Source: Psilocybe cubensis (taxonomy: Eukaryota). From it: a stretch of DNA of 64,000 nt. The translations under genes were made by a program, and so were the position numbers. The notes beneath the pieces were generated by a model, which worked only from the letters and a program-made list of their open reading frames with translations, did no database searches and was not told where the DNA came from. The stretch spans positions 2,418,001 through 2,482,000 of the forward strand of contig CM039009.1 of the NCBI GenBank assembly GCA_017499595.2. Direction: 5' to 3'. This document shows positions 1-13,006 of the stretch, in pieces. Every line of letters begins with the position of its first letter. The stretch's first letter is position 1.

Positions 1-414
1 AAGATGAGTGTCAAAAACAGAATATGACCTGCAGCAATAAACATGTACCTCGCAACTCTCTACATTATATGCAGAGACAATGTTGTCAGTATCTTTCTGT
101 GAGGATGATTTAGATTTCATTCGGCAATGTGACCGATATTAATTGACTTACTTGAGGAGCCACGAATGCAGTGCTGGCGCTGTAGTGAACCGTGGCTGCA
201 CTGACACCGGATGAGTGAAACTGTAGGACCTCTGTGTTATATGTTAGCTGCGAAGTTGAAATTTACAATGAAACAACTTACTCCAGCAAACGGGGTACAA
301 GTCTGAGTACAGCTTTCCCTCAGCTGGCGGGGTGAACATAAGCATCAAGTCGATCTCCTTTCCGAGGTTGTTTGCCCTGAAGGTGAGCTGTCTGGCATTT
401 CCAGTGATAGGCAT
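1..414 (-). CDS. Family paralog A, 5' part (exons 1-3; gene runs off the left edge)
   Basis: ATG at 414 gives MPITGNARQLTFRANNLGKEIDLMLMFTPPAEGKLYSDLYPVCW|RVLQFHSSGVSAATVHYSASTAFVAPQ|KDTDNIVSAYNVESCE, with GT-AG introns at the same positions and phases as the other paralogs; closest to B. Confidence 0.9.
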
Positions 415-1615
415 TGCGAATGAGGGAGAATTGACGAAAAGAGTCGTTGCAATTTGAGATGGAAATGTCTCCTGGAGCGACTTTCCAATTTATACCATTC
501 AGGCGCTCATGTACGCTTGGTGTAAGATTCCAGATCTGTGTTTGTTCGAGCATCTTTAGTGTAACACAAGACTCTCGGCGATAGAGGAGTGCCGGACCAA
601 CGTCTTTTTAAACGATGTCGATACAATTTGACTTGCCATACGCTCCCCTGGTTTGATATAAAGTAAGCCGATTGATAAACGCCTGCACCTACATGATAGG
701 TGTTCCTTGATCTCGAGGGCTACTTACCGCATGTCGATCAATTTCCCCATAATGATGAAGGAGCACAAACATTACCGGAACCGCGTAGCCACTTAGGCAC
801 CAATGTAATGGTACAGGAACAAACACCAAGTTTATTTTACACTTTCAAAAACTTAAGACCCTTGCACGTAAACATGTCCCATCATTTTGGTATTACTTAA
901 CACAATTGTCACCACCTCGTGTGTAGTACAGGAGTACCGGACCATCAAATCTCCGAGTCTTTACGAGAAATCCGGATTCCATATTGGTGACAGAGAGTGG
1001 GAAAGTCAGTCATGCCCTGACCTGATCGCTCTAATATCCCAGAATGGATACCCCCGTATGGATGTGGGCGTTAAATTCTGCGGGAGAGCAGGTGTGTGTC
1101 CTGGGTTCGAGGCATACTGCGGTCAATGAATAACATCGGAATACATGTGTCTTCAGACAATGTTTCGACGTCCACTACACCATATTTTTATTAATTTTGC
1201 TGCTGTCGTCGTTTATTTTGTGCCTTAATGCTCTTTAGTTCACGTTGCTGTACCAAAATGTCTGCATTATGTGCCTCTTACCCTGGTATCTTCCATGCTC
1301 ACTTCAGTATGAATGGTTTTCGGTTTTGTAATTACGTGCTCACAGATAAACACTGACGCTGCGACGATGAATCGGAGACCCCTAATGTTTACATCATATC
1401 CGCATTAAAAAATAGCATTTCCAATGTTGAGCATGTACCATAAGAATTATGGGAAACGGAGAAGGCATTGGTTTTCGCAATCAGTTCAAATTGCACATTT
1501 TGGAAAACTGGAAAGACTTATGTCTCCATTAAAATTGATGAAAAGCGCTATGAATAGGGTACTAGGAAACTATTTAACGACGAGACATAGGTCAACGTCC
1601 GCCTAATATACGTGA

Positions 1616-2603
1616 CTACTTGGCGCGCACAATCTTCAACTGCAAGCTGCTAGGATCACGGACAACATTCCAGGTAGTTTCGTGAGGGAGTTGAGTAAGG
1701 TCTTGCCTAAACAACTCGTCCGTGTTGACATTTGCTGTCAAGATTTCGCTAGCTGTATCATCCACATATTGTCAGCCAAATCTTGTACGGTGATAGATAT
1801 GAATTAATGCTGTACTTACAATGATAGTCGCTGACCCCATAGATTCTCAATACGGGGGTGAGTTTTACAGCCAGAGTGGAATCGACACTGAAAAACGGGC
1901 ACTGTGAATGAAGACGTTCTGGGGGGTAAAGCCTCAAGTAGTAGCTTACCCAAGTCCGGTCCATTTAAAGATGGGTGCAACCGACTGATCCTTGCCCATG
2001 ATACCCTAATAAAATGTTCAAAACTCATTCTTCAAGTAGTGACATACTCAAGACTTACGAATGCAAGATCCGCTGGCTTTGCAGATTGGATTTTGCACTG
2101 AATGATTCCAGGAGTACCTACTCCTGGATGGGTAAGGTAATTATTTCCCTTGTTGTTGGTCATCAACGAGCAGACTTGGCCACCCTTTATAATAACATTT
2201 AGAGTGTTGTTAGAAAAGCAATATTCCTTCATACCTGGCATCTCTCAACGTTCAGGGCAGAGACTATGTTGGAATCATCGTCTTTCTGATATAGATGTTA
2301 GATTACGTTGAGTAAATAGGATTAAATTTTCCACTTGCCTGCGGAACGATAAACGCGGTGTCTGCAGTATATACCACGACTGCGGTGCTGATGTTAGAAG
2401 CACTGAATTGAAGGACCTCTGCCGAGATCAGGTTAGCATTAAAGCTAGTAAGTAGTGCGGGAACGCTTACTCCAGCAAACGGGGTACAAATCTGTAAAAA
2501 GTGTACCCTCTTTTGGGGGGTCGAACATAAGCATCAAGTCGATATCCTTTCCCAAGTTTTTGGAGACAAAAGTGAGCTTTCTGGCATTTCCTGTGATAGA
2601 CAT
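1616..2603 (-). CDS. Family paralog B, intact 7-exon gene, uncharacterised beta-rich protein
   Basis: MSITGNARKLTFVSKNLGKDIDLMLMFDPP...YPVCW|RVLQF...FIVPQ|KDDDSNIV...CQ|GGQVC...LAF|GIMGK...WTGLG|VDSTLAVKLTPVLRIYGVSDYH|SSEIL...KIVRAK*. Intron 2 (2286-2338) has a GC donor. Confidence 0.92.
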
Positions 2604-3437
2604 TTTGAAAGAGGAATTATATGGATAGTGGAGGTGTTTAGGATGATGTTTGTGGAAATATTCTCCTCAATTTATAGGCGTTCGTGTCGTGCCGCCTTTC
2701 TGCAGCGTGAGAGTCAGTGTCAGCAACTCAGGAGGGCCATCCGAAGGAGTAAACGCCCACACCCATACGGAGATATGTAACATGGCATCACGAATGATCG
2801 AATCAGGGGATCATTCATATTGCGTCGCGGAGTTGAAATGAAACTGCCCTGATCATTTAAGGAGAACATCGGTGATATGAAACGCCGAGTGTACGCCTGT
2901 AGGTGCGTTTGCGCTGTACTTGAGTAGTGGTAAATTGATTGCAGAGTACTAGCCTTGACTCCTGCGTTCGTCGATGGTACATCAGTGTCAATCTAGATCA
3001 TCTGTCTTGAATGATAACTTTGAAAATTCTCCGACGAGGACCACTCAGATTAGTCATGTAACTTATCAACTATGTCAAGTCAACAACTTCAACCTTATGC
3101 GACATATGCGCTTCCGCAAATCCTGGACAATGTTGTGATGCCATTTTGGTGATATTTATTGTTGTAAATGGTGTTGGAAGAACAGATTCGCTTAGTCTCT
3201 GAACGGTGGCAATTTGTGCTTATCATAGCATGGTACAAGTGGGAGGGTCCTCGGAATCCAAATTTGCAGGTACATATTGTTCCTGGAGGAACCTCGGGCG
3301 ATATACAATCTCCGAGGCATCGTCTGCTTACTATTAGAATCCACATGGAGTGTGTTAAAGGTAAAGTATAAAAGAGGAGAACATGACTGTGAAATCAATA
3401 CCCCAACTCTCCAGAGTCATAAATCGCATTTATAAAC

Positions 3438-4414
3438 ATGTCTGGAAACAATCGAAGACTCGAATTCGAATACTCAGACCTCCCAAAGTCATACCAGCTG
3501 ATGCTTATGTTTGAGCCTATGGCAGAAGGCAAAGTATACACCGAGATGTTCCCTACATGTTGGAGTAAGATATCTCTATATTGATATTGAAAATATTGCT
3601 GATGATACTTACAGAGGTTCTCAGGCTGATCAAAGAAGTTTCTGGGGTAGCCAAAGCAATTTATACATCGGATACTGGGTTCATGGTACCACAGGTAGCC
3701 CTATAGATATATTATGGTAAGAATAACGCCTTTCTGACATTTTTGTATAGACCGATTGCGGAAATATCATTTGCGCTGGTACTGCGCGCCCATGTGAGGT
3801 CCGTCTTTCATCAGATTTCTATAACCACCTGAACTAATTGAACTACCCAAGATGGGCCAATTATGTACTGTGATGACCGACAATGATGGAGACAACTACC
3901 TCGAGCAAGCTACAACCGGCGCAAAGGGAATCATCCAGTGCAAAGTCGACAGCTCACTCCCTGCCACCGTTGCATTTGTGTGTCACCGTCACTTTTGAAA
4001 CAGCATTTTATTGTGACTAACACATAATATAGGGAATCTTTAACACAGAAAAGACGGCCTTCGAGCCGTTGTTTACCTGGAGAGACATACCGTAAGCCAG
4101 TCTACACATCAACTTTTATTGATCAATTGCTGACATACTGCAACATGTAGGAAGGGAGACAAACTTTCGATCAAGGTTACCCCAGTTCTCAAGATCTACG
4201 CAGTCAGCAATTACCAAGGTTGGATAATGTATACTCTCGTAAATTAAACACAATTCTGACAACATCCCGCATAGAGACCGAGGTGGTCAGATCCGATGTT
4301 GTCAGCAACCTATTGTTTAGAGAGGACATACTCAATCTTCCCGCTGTATCAAGGTGGACCGTCTCAGTGGACAGTAATACCAAGTCCATTCAGATCGCTC
4401 GGGCCTTACAATGA
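3438..4414 (+). CDS. Family paralog C, intact 7-exon gene
   Basis: MSGNNRRLEFEYSDLPKSYQLMLMFEP...FPTCW|RVLRL...FMVPQ|TDCGNII...CE|MGQLC...VAF|GIFNTEKTAFEPLFTWRDIP|KGDKLSIKVTPVLKIYAV...|ETEVVRSD...IARALQ*; TATA-like GTATAAAA near 3367. Confidence 0.92.
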
Positions 4415-5074
4415 TTGTTTGACATTCCTATTACGTTGGATTATTACTTGTGGTTAAATAATCCCGAACAAATTACTTTTTATACACTATTTTACTCGAG
4501 TCATTTAATCTGCATGACTCTGCGAATTGATGTCTGAAAAGAAAGCTCGGTTCTTTTGTAGACTAATCTGCACCACGGTGGCATTCACAGATTGTCATTA
4601 AATTGACATTCCATATTACACTGACTTCGACATCAATTCAATGATGAAAACTATCGGGACCGATGGATCTAGAGAAATCACCTCCGTCCTATACAATGGA
4701 ACGTCAACTTGATGCATCGGCACAGAGAACGTTCTGGTGAAAAGCTATCTGTCATAATCAATAGCTTCCACGTTTCAAAGGCCATCAGAGATGGCACCAT
4801 TACCCGAAACTTTCGAACTCAGCAGTGTCGCGTTGACGTTGACGTTGAAGTCATCCCGACAGCGGAAGCACGTGTATCTTAGGCATTAGTGTATCTCCGT
4901 GCATACAAAAATTTGATCTGTAAAGGTTCTCCAATGTCAAGATCCCAATCTCGTATGACGGCAGTACAAGTATGCTATAAAACAAGCACATTCATGAAAG
5001 TGTTTTAACATTTTTCAGAACAACACCAATGCCTCTGCGCTCTCATACAAAAACCTGCATATTTTTTTTGAACA

Positions 5075-6082
5075 ATGTCTGCACCTGGCACAGTACGAAA
5101 CACGAAAAAGCTCAACTTCATGAGCAACCAGCTGTCTCGAGACGTGACTTTGGTGTTCATGTTCGCACCCATGTCAAATTTGGGCACGATGTTCTCAGAC
5201 CTTTTCCCAATCTGCTGGAGTAAGCGATGTTATTTTTTCATTGGTTCAAGTAATAACTTTGGTGGCGACTGTACTTAGAGGTCATGAAGTTCAGGAAGGG
5301 GTCGATTGATAAAGGTCTTGCGGTGTACACGGCAGACACAGGTATTGTGTATTTTTCCTTGAATTGTACTCGATGGCGTGCTGATCGATATCGACGAACG
5401 GTTTACACCAGGTTGAAAACGGAAATATTGTGCTTCCCAGCGGTGTTCGTCGCTGTCATGTAATTGCCATCTTCTTTGTATCGAGTAATATTACACTGAA
5501 AATGGACGTGTAGAACGGCCAGCGCTGCGAACTTCTAACTAATGAGGGAGAAAACTACCTCGAGGGGCCTGCAAAAGCTCCTAATCCACACAATATGATA
5601 GAATGTAATGTCAAGACCGCTTTTCCTTCTACACTTGGATTTGTGCGTAAGCTGTGACTGCATTCTGAGTGCGTCTTAGAGTTGACGTGTATGTGGATTG
5701 TAGGGCTTGTTTGACGAGTCTGGGACAAAGATGGAACCGATTTTACATGGAAGGATCTTCCGTACGTCATCCTCTATTGTGATCAGCCGTGATGCGCTAA
5801 CTGGTGCGATATTTTATCAGAAAAAGGCAAATTCTTTCGCTGGCGCTTACACCTCTTATCAGAGTATATGCTGTTACCGACATGACAGGTTTGTTCTTCA
5901 ATATAAATCCCACTTGTACACGTATTCAGATCTTCGTAGTAAACGAAGTGGTCAAAGCTGAAATGGAAAGCCCGGCGCTCCTCGACGCATATCTCGTGGC
6001 GCTTCCTACGACGTCAGGGTGGCTGGTGTATATTGAGGAAAACACGAACGCCGTAAAGATCAAAAGGATTGAAAGCTCTTAG
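5075..6082 (+). pseudogene. Family paralog D, 7 exons with a 1-bp frameshift in exon 5
   Basis: All seven exons are recognisable. Exon 5 reads CCG ATT TTA CAT GG where paralogs need ATT TTT ACA TGG (PIFTW), i.e. one T is missing in the run at 5741-5744. This could be a homopolymer sequencing error. Confidence 0.8.
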
Positions 6083-6409
6083 CTAGTAGTCGTTACCTCC
6101 AGTTGTTGACGTGGCACCATGTCCGTCGTTTAAGCGTAATATATATCAGTTTCAACCTCCGCAATTCCTGGTTGGAGTTTGAGTGAATGACGTGCACGGA
6201 ATTGGCAGGATGAAGTGGAGTGCCTTTTCTTGTCTGCTGTGATGAGTCGATATGGAAATGTCTTTTTATCTCGTGCCGGGAAGTGGTTAATTTCACACTG
6301 GCAGTCCAGTCGGTGTGACAATAATGCGTTTTCTGGACCGATATATTTTTGTTTACACAGATCTGGGGTACATTGAATTTATGAAAGAATGGAGCCATAA
6401 TGAGGTATA

Positions 6410-7302
6410 CACGGGGGCCAAAGTCCAGCACGGTAGAATTTCAACCGTGCCCGTCGCGGTTGAGATTCGAGTGAACAAAGGCGGGCCAGATTTCCGTCGG
6501 AGATTTAAATATTTAATCAGCGTAAGACTTGTTATTCTCGACATGACTTCACCTCATATTTTGCTGTTCAAAAGAGTCATGGTGAATATTATGCAAAACT
6601 CCAAAGCTTAACAGATAAATATGGAGCTAATACATATACTTAAGTTTGTCTCATGCTTCCTATTAGTATGTAGATAGCTTAATTTGGAGGCCTATTACGC
6701 AATAACTACCTTAATTACACATACTGCTCTGCGACAACTATCTGTGAGCCGAAAGCTTGATCATATCCTGTGAAACTATATGATATTAGTTAGGCAGCTT
6801 GTGTCATAGTTTAAATGTATTTTGGAACTTTATTATGCTTTGAAATGGCACCGACAATTATACTGAAAAATATGATAAAATAAAATCAATTGAGGATCAA
6901 TTGCTCTAGCAGTATTTTTGCCAGTAAAATAATTATATAGAGTGTGTTTAGAATATTATCAAGGTGTACTACAGTTGGAATTGAGGTTACTGAGATACAT
7001 CCACTCCTAATTACTTTTAAATGCAGAAGCAATAATATGCCACTGCTAATTGGAACACTATCACCAATCCATTGGCACTGTGGGCTTTAAAACTCAAATC
7101 AAACTCTTAGAGCATATTTATACTAAAATTTACATGAAGAAAATTAAGGTGTACATTGTTGCTACATCTAGAAAATATAATACACACAATTTTGTTGGCA
7201 AAGTGTGCTTGTGGAATGACATCAACTTGATTACGTGGTCCCAAAATCTCAACCGTGACGGGCATGGTTGAATTTTGACCGTGCTGGACTTTGCCTCCTG
7301 TG
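6410..7302. mobile_element. Non-autonomous TIR element (MITE, CACTA-like termini), 893 bp
   Basis: ~58-bp imperfect TIRs (CACGGGGGCCAAAGTCCAGCACGG... / ...CCGTGCTGGACTTTGCCTCCTGTG), 3-bp TSD ATA (6407-6409, 7303-7305), AT-rich non-coding interior. Confidence 0.85.
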
Positions 7303-7819
7303 ATATGGGAACAAATTGAAAAGCTTCTGATGGCATCGGACAAACCTGCAAATGGTTGGGAGTCATAAGCATCATCCCTCTACATCCAAAAGTATAACAA
7401 TGTGGGGGCAAGTGATGCAGAAACCTGATAACATGAAAGATAAAAGGAGAATTTAAACACCCTGACGACGTAAGGCTAGATTGAAACCTAACAAGAGCTC
7501 CCATTGCAGGTAATACTTAAAGTATGTGACAGTATATACTTGTTTGTATAGTGGACTCAGTGCAGGGTGTCGGAAGTCATTCATCCATAGCAAGATTGTT
7601 TTCTACACAGCCGTCCGGTTGTCGAGGTCTGAACTAAGTCACGGGGACTGCAGTCAAACCGGAGGCAAACTAGGGACAAACCCAGGAATGCTACCCATTG
7701 GAAATTCCAAGTCTGGGTGACTTGGTGTTGACCCATGTGGTCATGGGTTTATTGCATGTCCTATGTGGCAGACTTCGGTTTTAAACACGGAATTTTTGGA
7801 GTCTGCAAAGACTTGGAAA

Positions 7820-8033
7820 CACCGCTGGCGCTCATACATATTTTTAAAGAAAATAAGACCCAATAATTATGTTTTCTACATTTTTTTGATGTATTTTATT
7901 GGAATATAGACTTCGGGCTTCCCTAATTGGGTAACCCCAAACTCTATATACGAGAAAAATACGTCAAAAACCAACAGGAAACATAATTACCAATACATAT
8001 TTTTCTATCAAATATGTATCAGCGCCAGCAGTG
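7820..8033. mobile_element. Short foldback MITE, 214 bp
   Basis: CACCGCTGGCGCTCATACATATTT ... AAATATGTATCAGCGCCAGCAGTG, imperfectly palindromic along its length; 3-bp TSD AAA on both sides. Confidence 0.8.
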
Positions 8034-8182
8034 AAATACCGTATTGTTTTGCATGTGGTGTGTTGCCTAGCAATCACTCGGCATACCTGCCGGACGATGT
8101 CTGCATAACGCCTCGTGATGTCACATTGGTTCGTGCGTGGGAATAATAAACGGTCTAGCCCTCTCCAGGCCTCAAGAAATCA

Positions 8183-9372
8183 CACGATGGGCACCTAACT
8201 GTCATGTGGCTATCTAACATGTTAGCTAGGTTGTTGCCATAATATTGTGCTATGTTAATTGTCATGTAATTGTCATGTTAACTGTTGGTTAACTGTCATG
8301 TTTTTTGAGTCACACTCTGTCTTGTCACTCAAGACCATGGGGTCCAGTAGATACATATCCGGTTGACTTGGGGGAAAAATGAAAGGACATGTAGAGTGTA
8401 TATATTAACACTGCACCACCTGGCCAATATTAAACACTAGGGGCATTGGCTTAAGAAAACAGTAATTTGTCTGAATTTTTTTGATTGATCAAGTTGCAAT
8501 TAAATTTCAAGATTTATTGACAATAAAATTCATGTGGTGCACATCATGGCGGTATTTGAATCCATCAATACCCATGCCAAACGGCCGTTCTCAAAGGTAT
8601 TAATCATGCTCGCTAGAATCCCCCTATTCATATCAATTTCTTCCAATATGGCGCGTACTCGCGCGTTAGAGAGACAGCATGCACCTACTAGATATCAGCA
8701 AAATAAGGACAAGAATCTCACTTCCTGGGAAAAAATGGCAATTTTCCTCATTAACGATGCAAAAACGGTCGACGAGCAAATAGTCGCAACCATGTTCTCA
8801 CATCTCGCAAACTAAGATTGGAAATCACGTCGATTACAGGCTGAGAGGCTTTCTATAGATGGGTGTGATCGTTGACAGAATGCGCACCTTGCCATGCATT
8901 GGAAAACATAGCTGAAAACGCGCGCAAAGAGGAGACGCGCCGCGAAATAAAGACGCGTTTCGACGCGTCAAAGCTCCTTGACTACGCCGTTGCTGCGGTC
9001 GGCATGTTGGCCGCTTTTAAGCTCATTCAAACTCAGAAAAGCACACCAACAGTATATACCACATGAATTTTACTACCAAGAACGTCAGCTAAACTGTTCC
9101 ACATGGTTTTAAAAATTAAACAACATCGTAAAAAAGAGAATTGAGTAGCACTATTGTCCCCAAGTTGACCGGTTATGTAACTGCCAGTTTGGGACTTGAA
9201 GACTATTCACGGTTCACAGAGACTTACTGGGTCTTGAGTGACAAGGTAGAGTGTGACCCAAAAAACATGACAGTTAACATGACAATTACATGACAATTAA
9301 CATAGTACAATATTATGGCAACAACCTAGCTAACATGTTAGATAGCCACATGACAGTTAGGTGCCCATCGTG
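8183..9372. mobile_element. Non-autonomous TIR element (CACG termini), 1190 bp
   Basis: ~150-bp TIRs (CACGATGGGCACCTAACTGTCATGTGG... / ...CCACATGACAGTTAGGTGCCCATCGTG), 3-bp TSD TCA (8180-8182, 9373-9375). Confidence 0.9.
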
Positions 9373-9394
9373 TCAGTCATGAATGCATGACTTG

Positions 9395-10074
9395 CCCTGC
9401 GAGCGCCGACCGCTGTAAGTTAAACATAGAGCAGAAAACTTACATGTCTTATGTAAGTTTCGCTGTAAGTTCGACATACAGCAGACGTGTATGAAAAACA
9501 AACACTCAGCAAAGACATATTGTGTTTGGTGGCTGTATGCCGACCAAACACAATTGCTGTAAGTAGACTGTAAATAGAATAAACACCTAAATTACACAAA
9601 CTGTGTTTGTCCGGTGTTAGTAAAACATACACATTTTCTGTAAATGACACAAACAGCACTTTCTGTAAGTAAAATTTACACACAAAAATTTACACACAAA
9701 GAACACTATTTGTGTATGTCAGACTTACACCATTAAATGAATTGAAAAACTTGTGTAAGTATAACATACACAAATTGTTTTCTTTCTGTGTAATTTTTAC
9801 TTATAGTAAGTGCTGTTTGTATTACTTACAGAAAATGTGTATGTTTTACTAACACCGGACAAACACAATTTGTGTAATTTAGGTGTTTATTCTATTTACA
9901 GGCTACTTACAGTAATTGTGTTTGGTCGGCATACAGCCACCAAACACAATATGTCTTTGTTAAATTTTTGTTTTCCCGACACATATGCTGTAAGTTGAAC
10001 ATACACCTAAACTTACATAAGACATGTAAGTTTACTGCTGTATGTTTAACTTACAGCAGTCGGCGCCCGCAGTG
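9395..10074. mobile_element. Foldback MITE with ~280-bp inverted arms, 680 bp
   Basis: Arms are near-identical (the mirror ORFs 9420..9683- and 9810..9998+ give the same peptide); termini CCCTGCGAGCGCCG / CGGCGCCCGCAGTG; flanks TTG/CTG are an imperfect 3-bp TSD. Confidence 0.85.
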
Positions 10075-10725
10075 CTGGTACTTACACATACAGGAGTAAT
10101 TTTAGTCTATTTTCCAATGTTCCAATGTGACCTCGTGCATTGATTACGCATACATTTGATGCCAATTGAGCAACATCCACTGTAATTTGAATCTCGTGTG
10201 ATGGTAATCAATATAATATTTCTGACAGGTGCAAATAGAAGGCAATTTTTAATATAATTACATGGCTACAGTGTACGTATGTAGGTCCTAGTGTCTGATA
10301 AACACCGGAACCTAAAAGTACCGGAGGTTTAACCCATCACCTCACTTGGGGCTCGGAATATGAGCTTTCCGAGATATACATTCCAGGTACTCAGGCAACA
10401 TCATGTAGTTTGTTAGTTTCAGCTAGGTACAGATATTATTAGCTCTTGTGGTTTACTCCATCTAGACTCGTAAGGAGCTAAAAAATAGTCCATTGAATTG
10501 AATACATAAATTAACAGTGTCATGATGTTGCTTCATGTCAGACAAGACGGATGCATCTTGCACTTTGCACTCATAGGCCTCGGGTACGCATAGCTGTACA
10601 TTGTTAACGTACACTTTACACGAGAGTTTATTTGAATGGTAAACCCACAAGAACTATGACTACAAAGCGTATAAAATGGACGAGGATTCTGTTGCTCTTC
10701 CTCACCTTCTCCTGCCATAACCACA

Positions 10726-11770
10726 ATGTCCACCAACGCTAGATCTGAAGAAGAAAGACAACTTTCTTTTGTTTTCAATGATCTGAAAAGGGATATCAAC
10801 TTAGTACTCATACTCTCTTCACCTGGAAATTTTAAGGACATAGACCCTCTCTGTTGGAGTTCGTGATTGCTTGTTTACGGTTTTGAATGAGTGCTCACCA
10901 TACAAATCTCTATAGAAGTTGTGAACCTCCCTGCTGGAATGATAGGCCTAGCAAAAGTTACGTACAGCGGCGTAACCGCTTTTTCTATTCCCAATGCAAG
11001 TTTAAAGTCACAACTTGACAGCATGAACATGTGCTTACATATACTCTTTACCGCCAATTCCATTGACAGGACGATACAGGACTTGTTGATGCTGAATCCC
11101 CCACGGTTTCTTGCCAGGTGTGCACGGGATAGTTCTTAATATATGAGCGGTTCTCATTACCATTTTTATCCAGGTTGGCCAGCGGTGCACCATCAAGACG
11201 GATGACCAACGAAAAAACTATCTTGTGCCTGCTGTTTACGGTCAACCTAAAGTCATCACATGCCACTTCGACACAAGTTCCCCAGCTGACGTCGTATTTG
11301 TATGTCTCTCTCCTTTCCATTTATGTCATGTATTCAGCTTGGGGTAACCATGTTTCATTACAGGGGCTAATTGACAGTGGCGGACAGTCGCCTTTGAGCC
11401 CGATTTCAAAGTAGAAATCTATCATGTGTGTACTAATGTCCAATAGACATTTTTGAAGAACAACCAATATTCTGACCTTCCATTCGTAGGCCAGGAAATG
11501 ATCTGTCTCTGAGATTCACTCCAATCTTAAGTATTTATGCCGTTGATGGTTATAATGGTGAGCCAATTTTGTACAATACCATACACACATGACTCAAAGA
11601 GGAGCCACTGGTGTCGACAACCAACAGCTGGAGATGTAATCACCTCAAATGTAAGGGACTCGGAATTGTTACTCCATCAAGATCTTGGATATCTTCCTCC
11701 AAAGACAAAATGGGAGGTCCTTTTTGACGAGAACAGCGGCGCTATCAAAATTGAACGTCAAAGGAACTAA
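10726..11770 (+). pseudogene. Family paralog E, divergent copy with an in-frame nonsense codon
   Basis: Seven exons recognisable (MSTNARSEEERQLSF...PLCW ... KIERQRN*). The conserved exon-5 Trp is TAG at 11412-11414. Intron 2 (10996-11069) has a GC donor. Confidence 0.85.
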
Positions 11771-11816
11771 TAGCGCCCGTGCGCTGTCTATGCAGACCGA
11801 CATTATGGCATTTACC

Positions 11817-11828
11817 CTCGTCGTTAAA
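11817..11828 (+). promoter_or_regulatory. Conserved 3'-UTR motif CTCGTCGTTAAA (paralog E copy; representative of about 8 copies)
   Basis: The same or near-identical 12-mer lies 26-46 nt downstream of the stop codon, in sense orientation, in paralogs B, C, D, E, F, H, K and L. Function unknown. Confidence 0.6.
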
Positions 11829-12032
11829 CATTTTATAAATCCGGTTTTCTTTTGTGTCTCAATTAAATAATGATAGCAACCTATCCTGAATCACACAACA
11901 ACTGTAAGATCTCCTCACTCCAGGCAAATGTGTGAAAAGTAAAACATATATGTTGTAATATTGAGACAAAATACACGAGGTACAGGTTTAACGACGAGGT
12001 GTAGAACAACTGCGTCCTTTGAACAACTCCGT

Positions 12033-13006
12033 TTATGAACGGTTAATCTTGATTGCGTTGCTCGCTGGGTCAATAGACACAATCCATTCGGTAAAGTTTG
12101 GAAGAGCGATGAGATTCTCTTCGAAGAGAAGAGGTGAGCGGATTTCTCCTCGCACAAGCTCGGTTTCTGTAATGCAAACACTGTTTAAGAATATGACAAA
12201 AATAATTGAAGAGACCAACCTTGATAATCTGTCATGCCGTAGATCCTCAATTTAGGGGTGAGCTGTACGGCAAGGGTGCTTCCCACACTGAAGTGTAATG
12301 TCAATAGAAGACACCAATTTTGGTCGGATAGAGTGCATACCCGACTCCATCCCATTTCATGACGGGTTCAATTTTGTTCCCTGCCTTGTTAAAGAGTCCC
12401 TACTCAAGACGGCTTAGAATTGACAGTAGCATTAGCAGTACAGTATAGCGGGTGACGTACAAAGGCAACCTCAGACGGGCGATGAGTCTTAAATTCGCAA
12501 AGTATAACACCGGGATCTCCAGCAACAGCGGGATTGAGGAAGTTATCGCCTTCGTCGTTGGTCTCCATGACACACATTTGGCCAGTCTGATATTAGACTC
12601 GTAAGAAGGGTGTGTTGAAGGAGTGGTGTAGACCATACCTGGCATCGTTGTGCGTTGGAGGCGGCAACAAGGTTCCCGGTGTCCCTCTTTGTGATTATTC
12701 AAAATGAAGCGCTTCAAGCAAGGAAATGAGGCATATATCAACACACCTGGGGAACCAAGAGCCCGCTGTCCGCGGTGTACTCAACTCTAGCTGCACTGAT
12801 TCCACTAGGGGTGAATTTGAGAACCTCTGTAAAGGTGATGAGGTTCTGATACACCTATATGTGAGCGACCGCGACGTACTCCAGCAGACAGGGAACAAGT
12901 CCTTGTATAAAGTGCCATTCTTTGGTGGTTCGAACATGAGCAGCAGGTTGACGTCCCTGCCCAAGTCACTGGAGGTGAAGTTGAGGCTTCTTGAATTTCC
13001 AGACAT
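12033..13006 (-). CDS. Family paralog F, intact 7-exon gene
   Basis: MSGNSRSLNFTSSDLGRDVNLLLMFEPPKNGTLYKDLFPVCW|RVLKFTPSG...VPQ|RDTGNLVAASNAQRCQ|TGQMC...VAF|GLFNKAGNKIEPVMKWDGVG|VGSTLAVQLTPKLRIYGMTDYQ|ETELVRGEIRSPLLFEENLIALP...KINRS*. Confidence 0.93.

Noticed and set aside
9420-9998. Two ORFs with near-identical peptides on opposite strands
   Set aside because: Mirror images from the foldback MITE arms.
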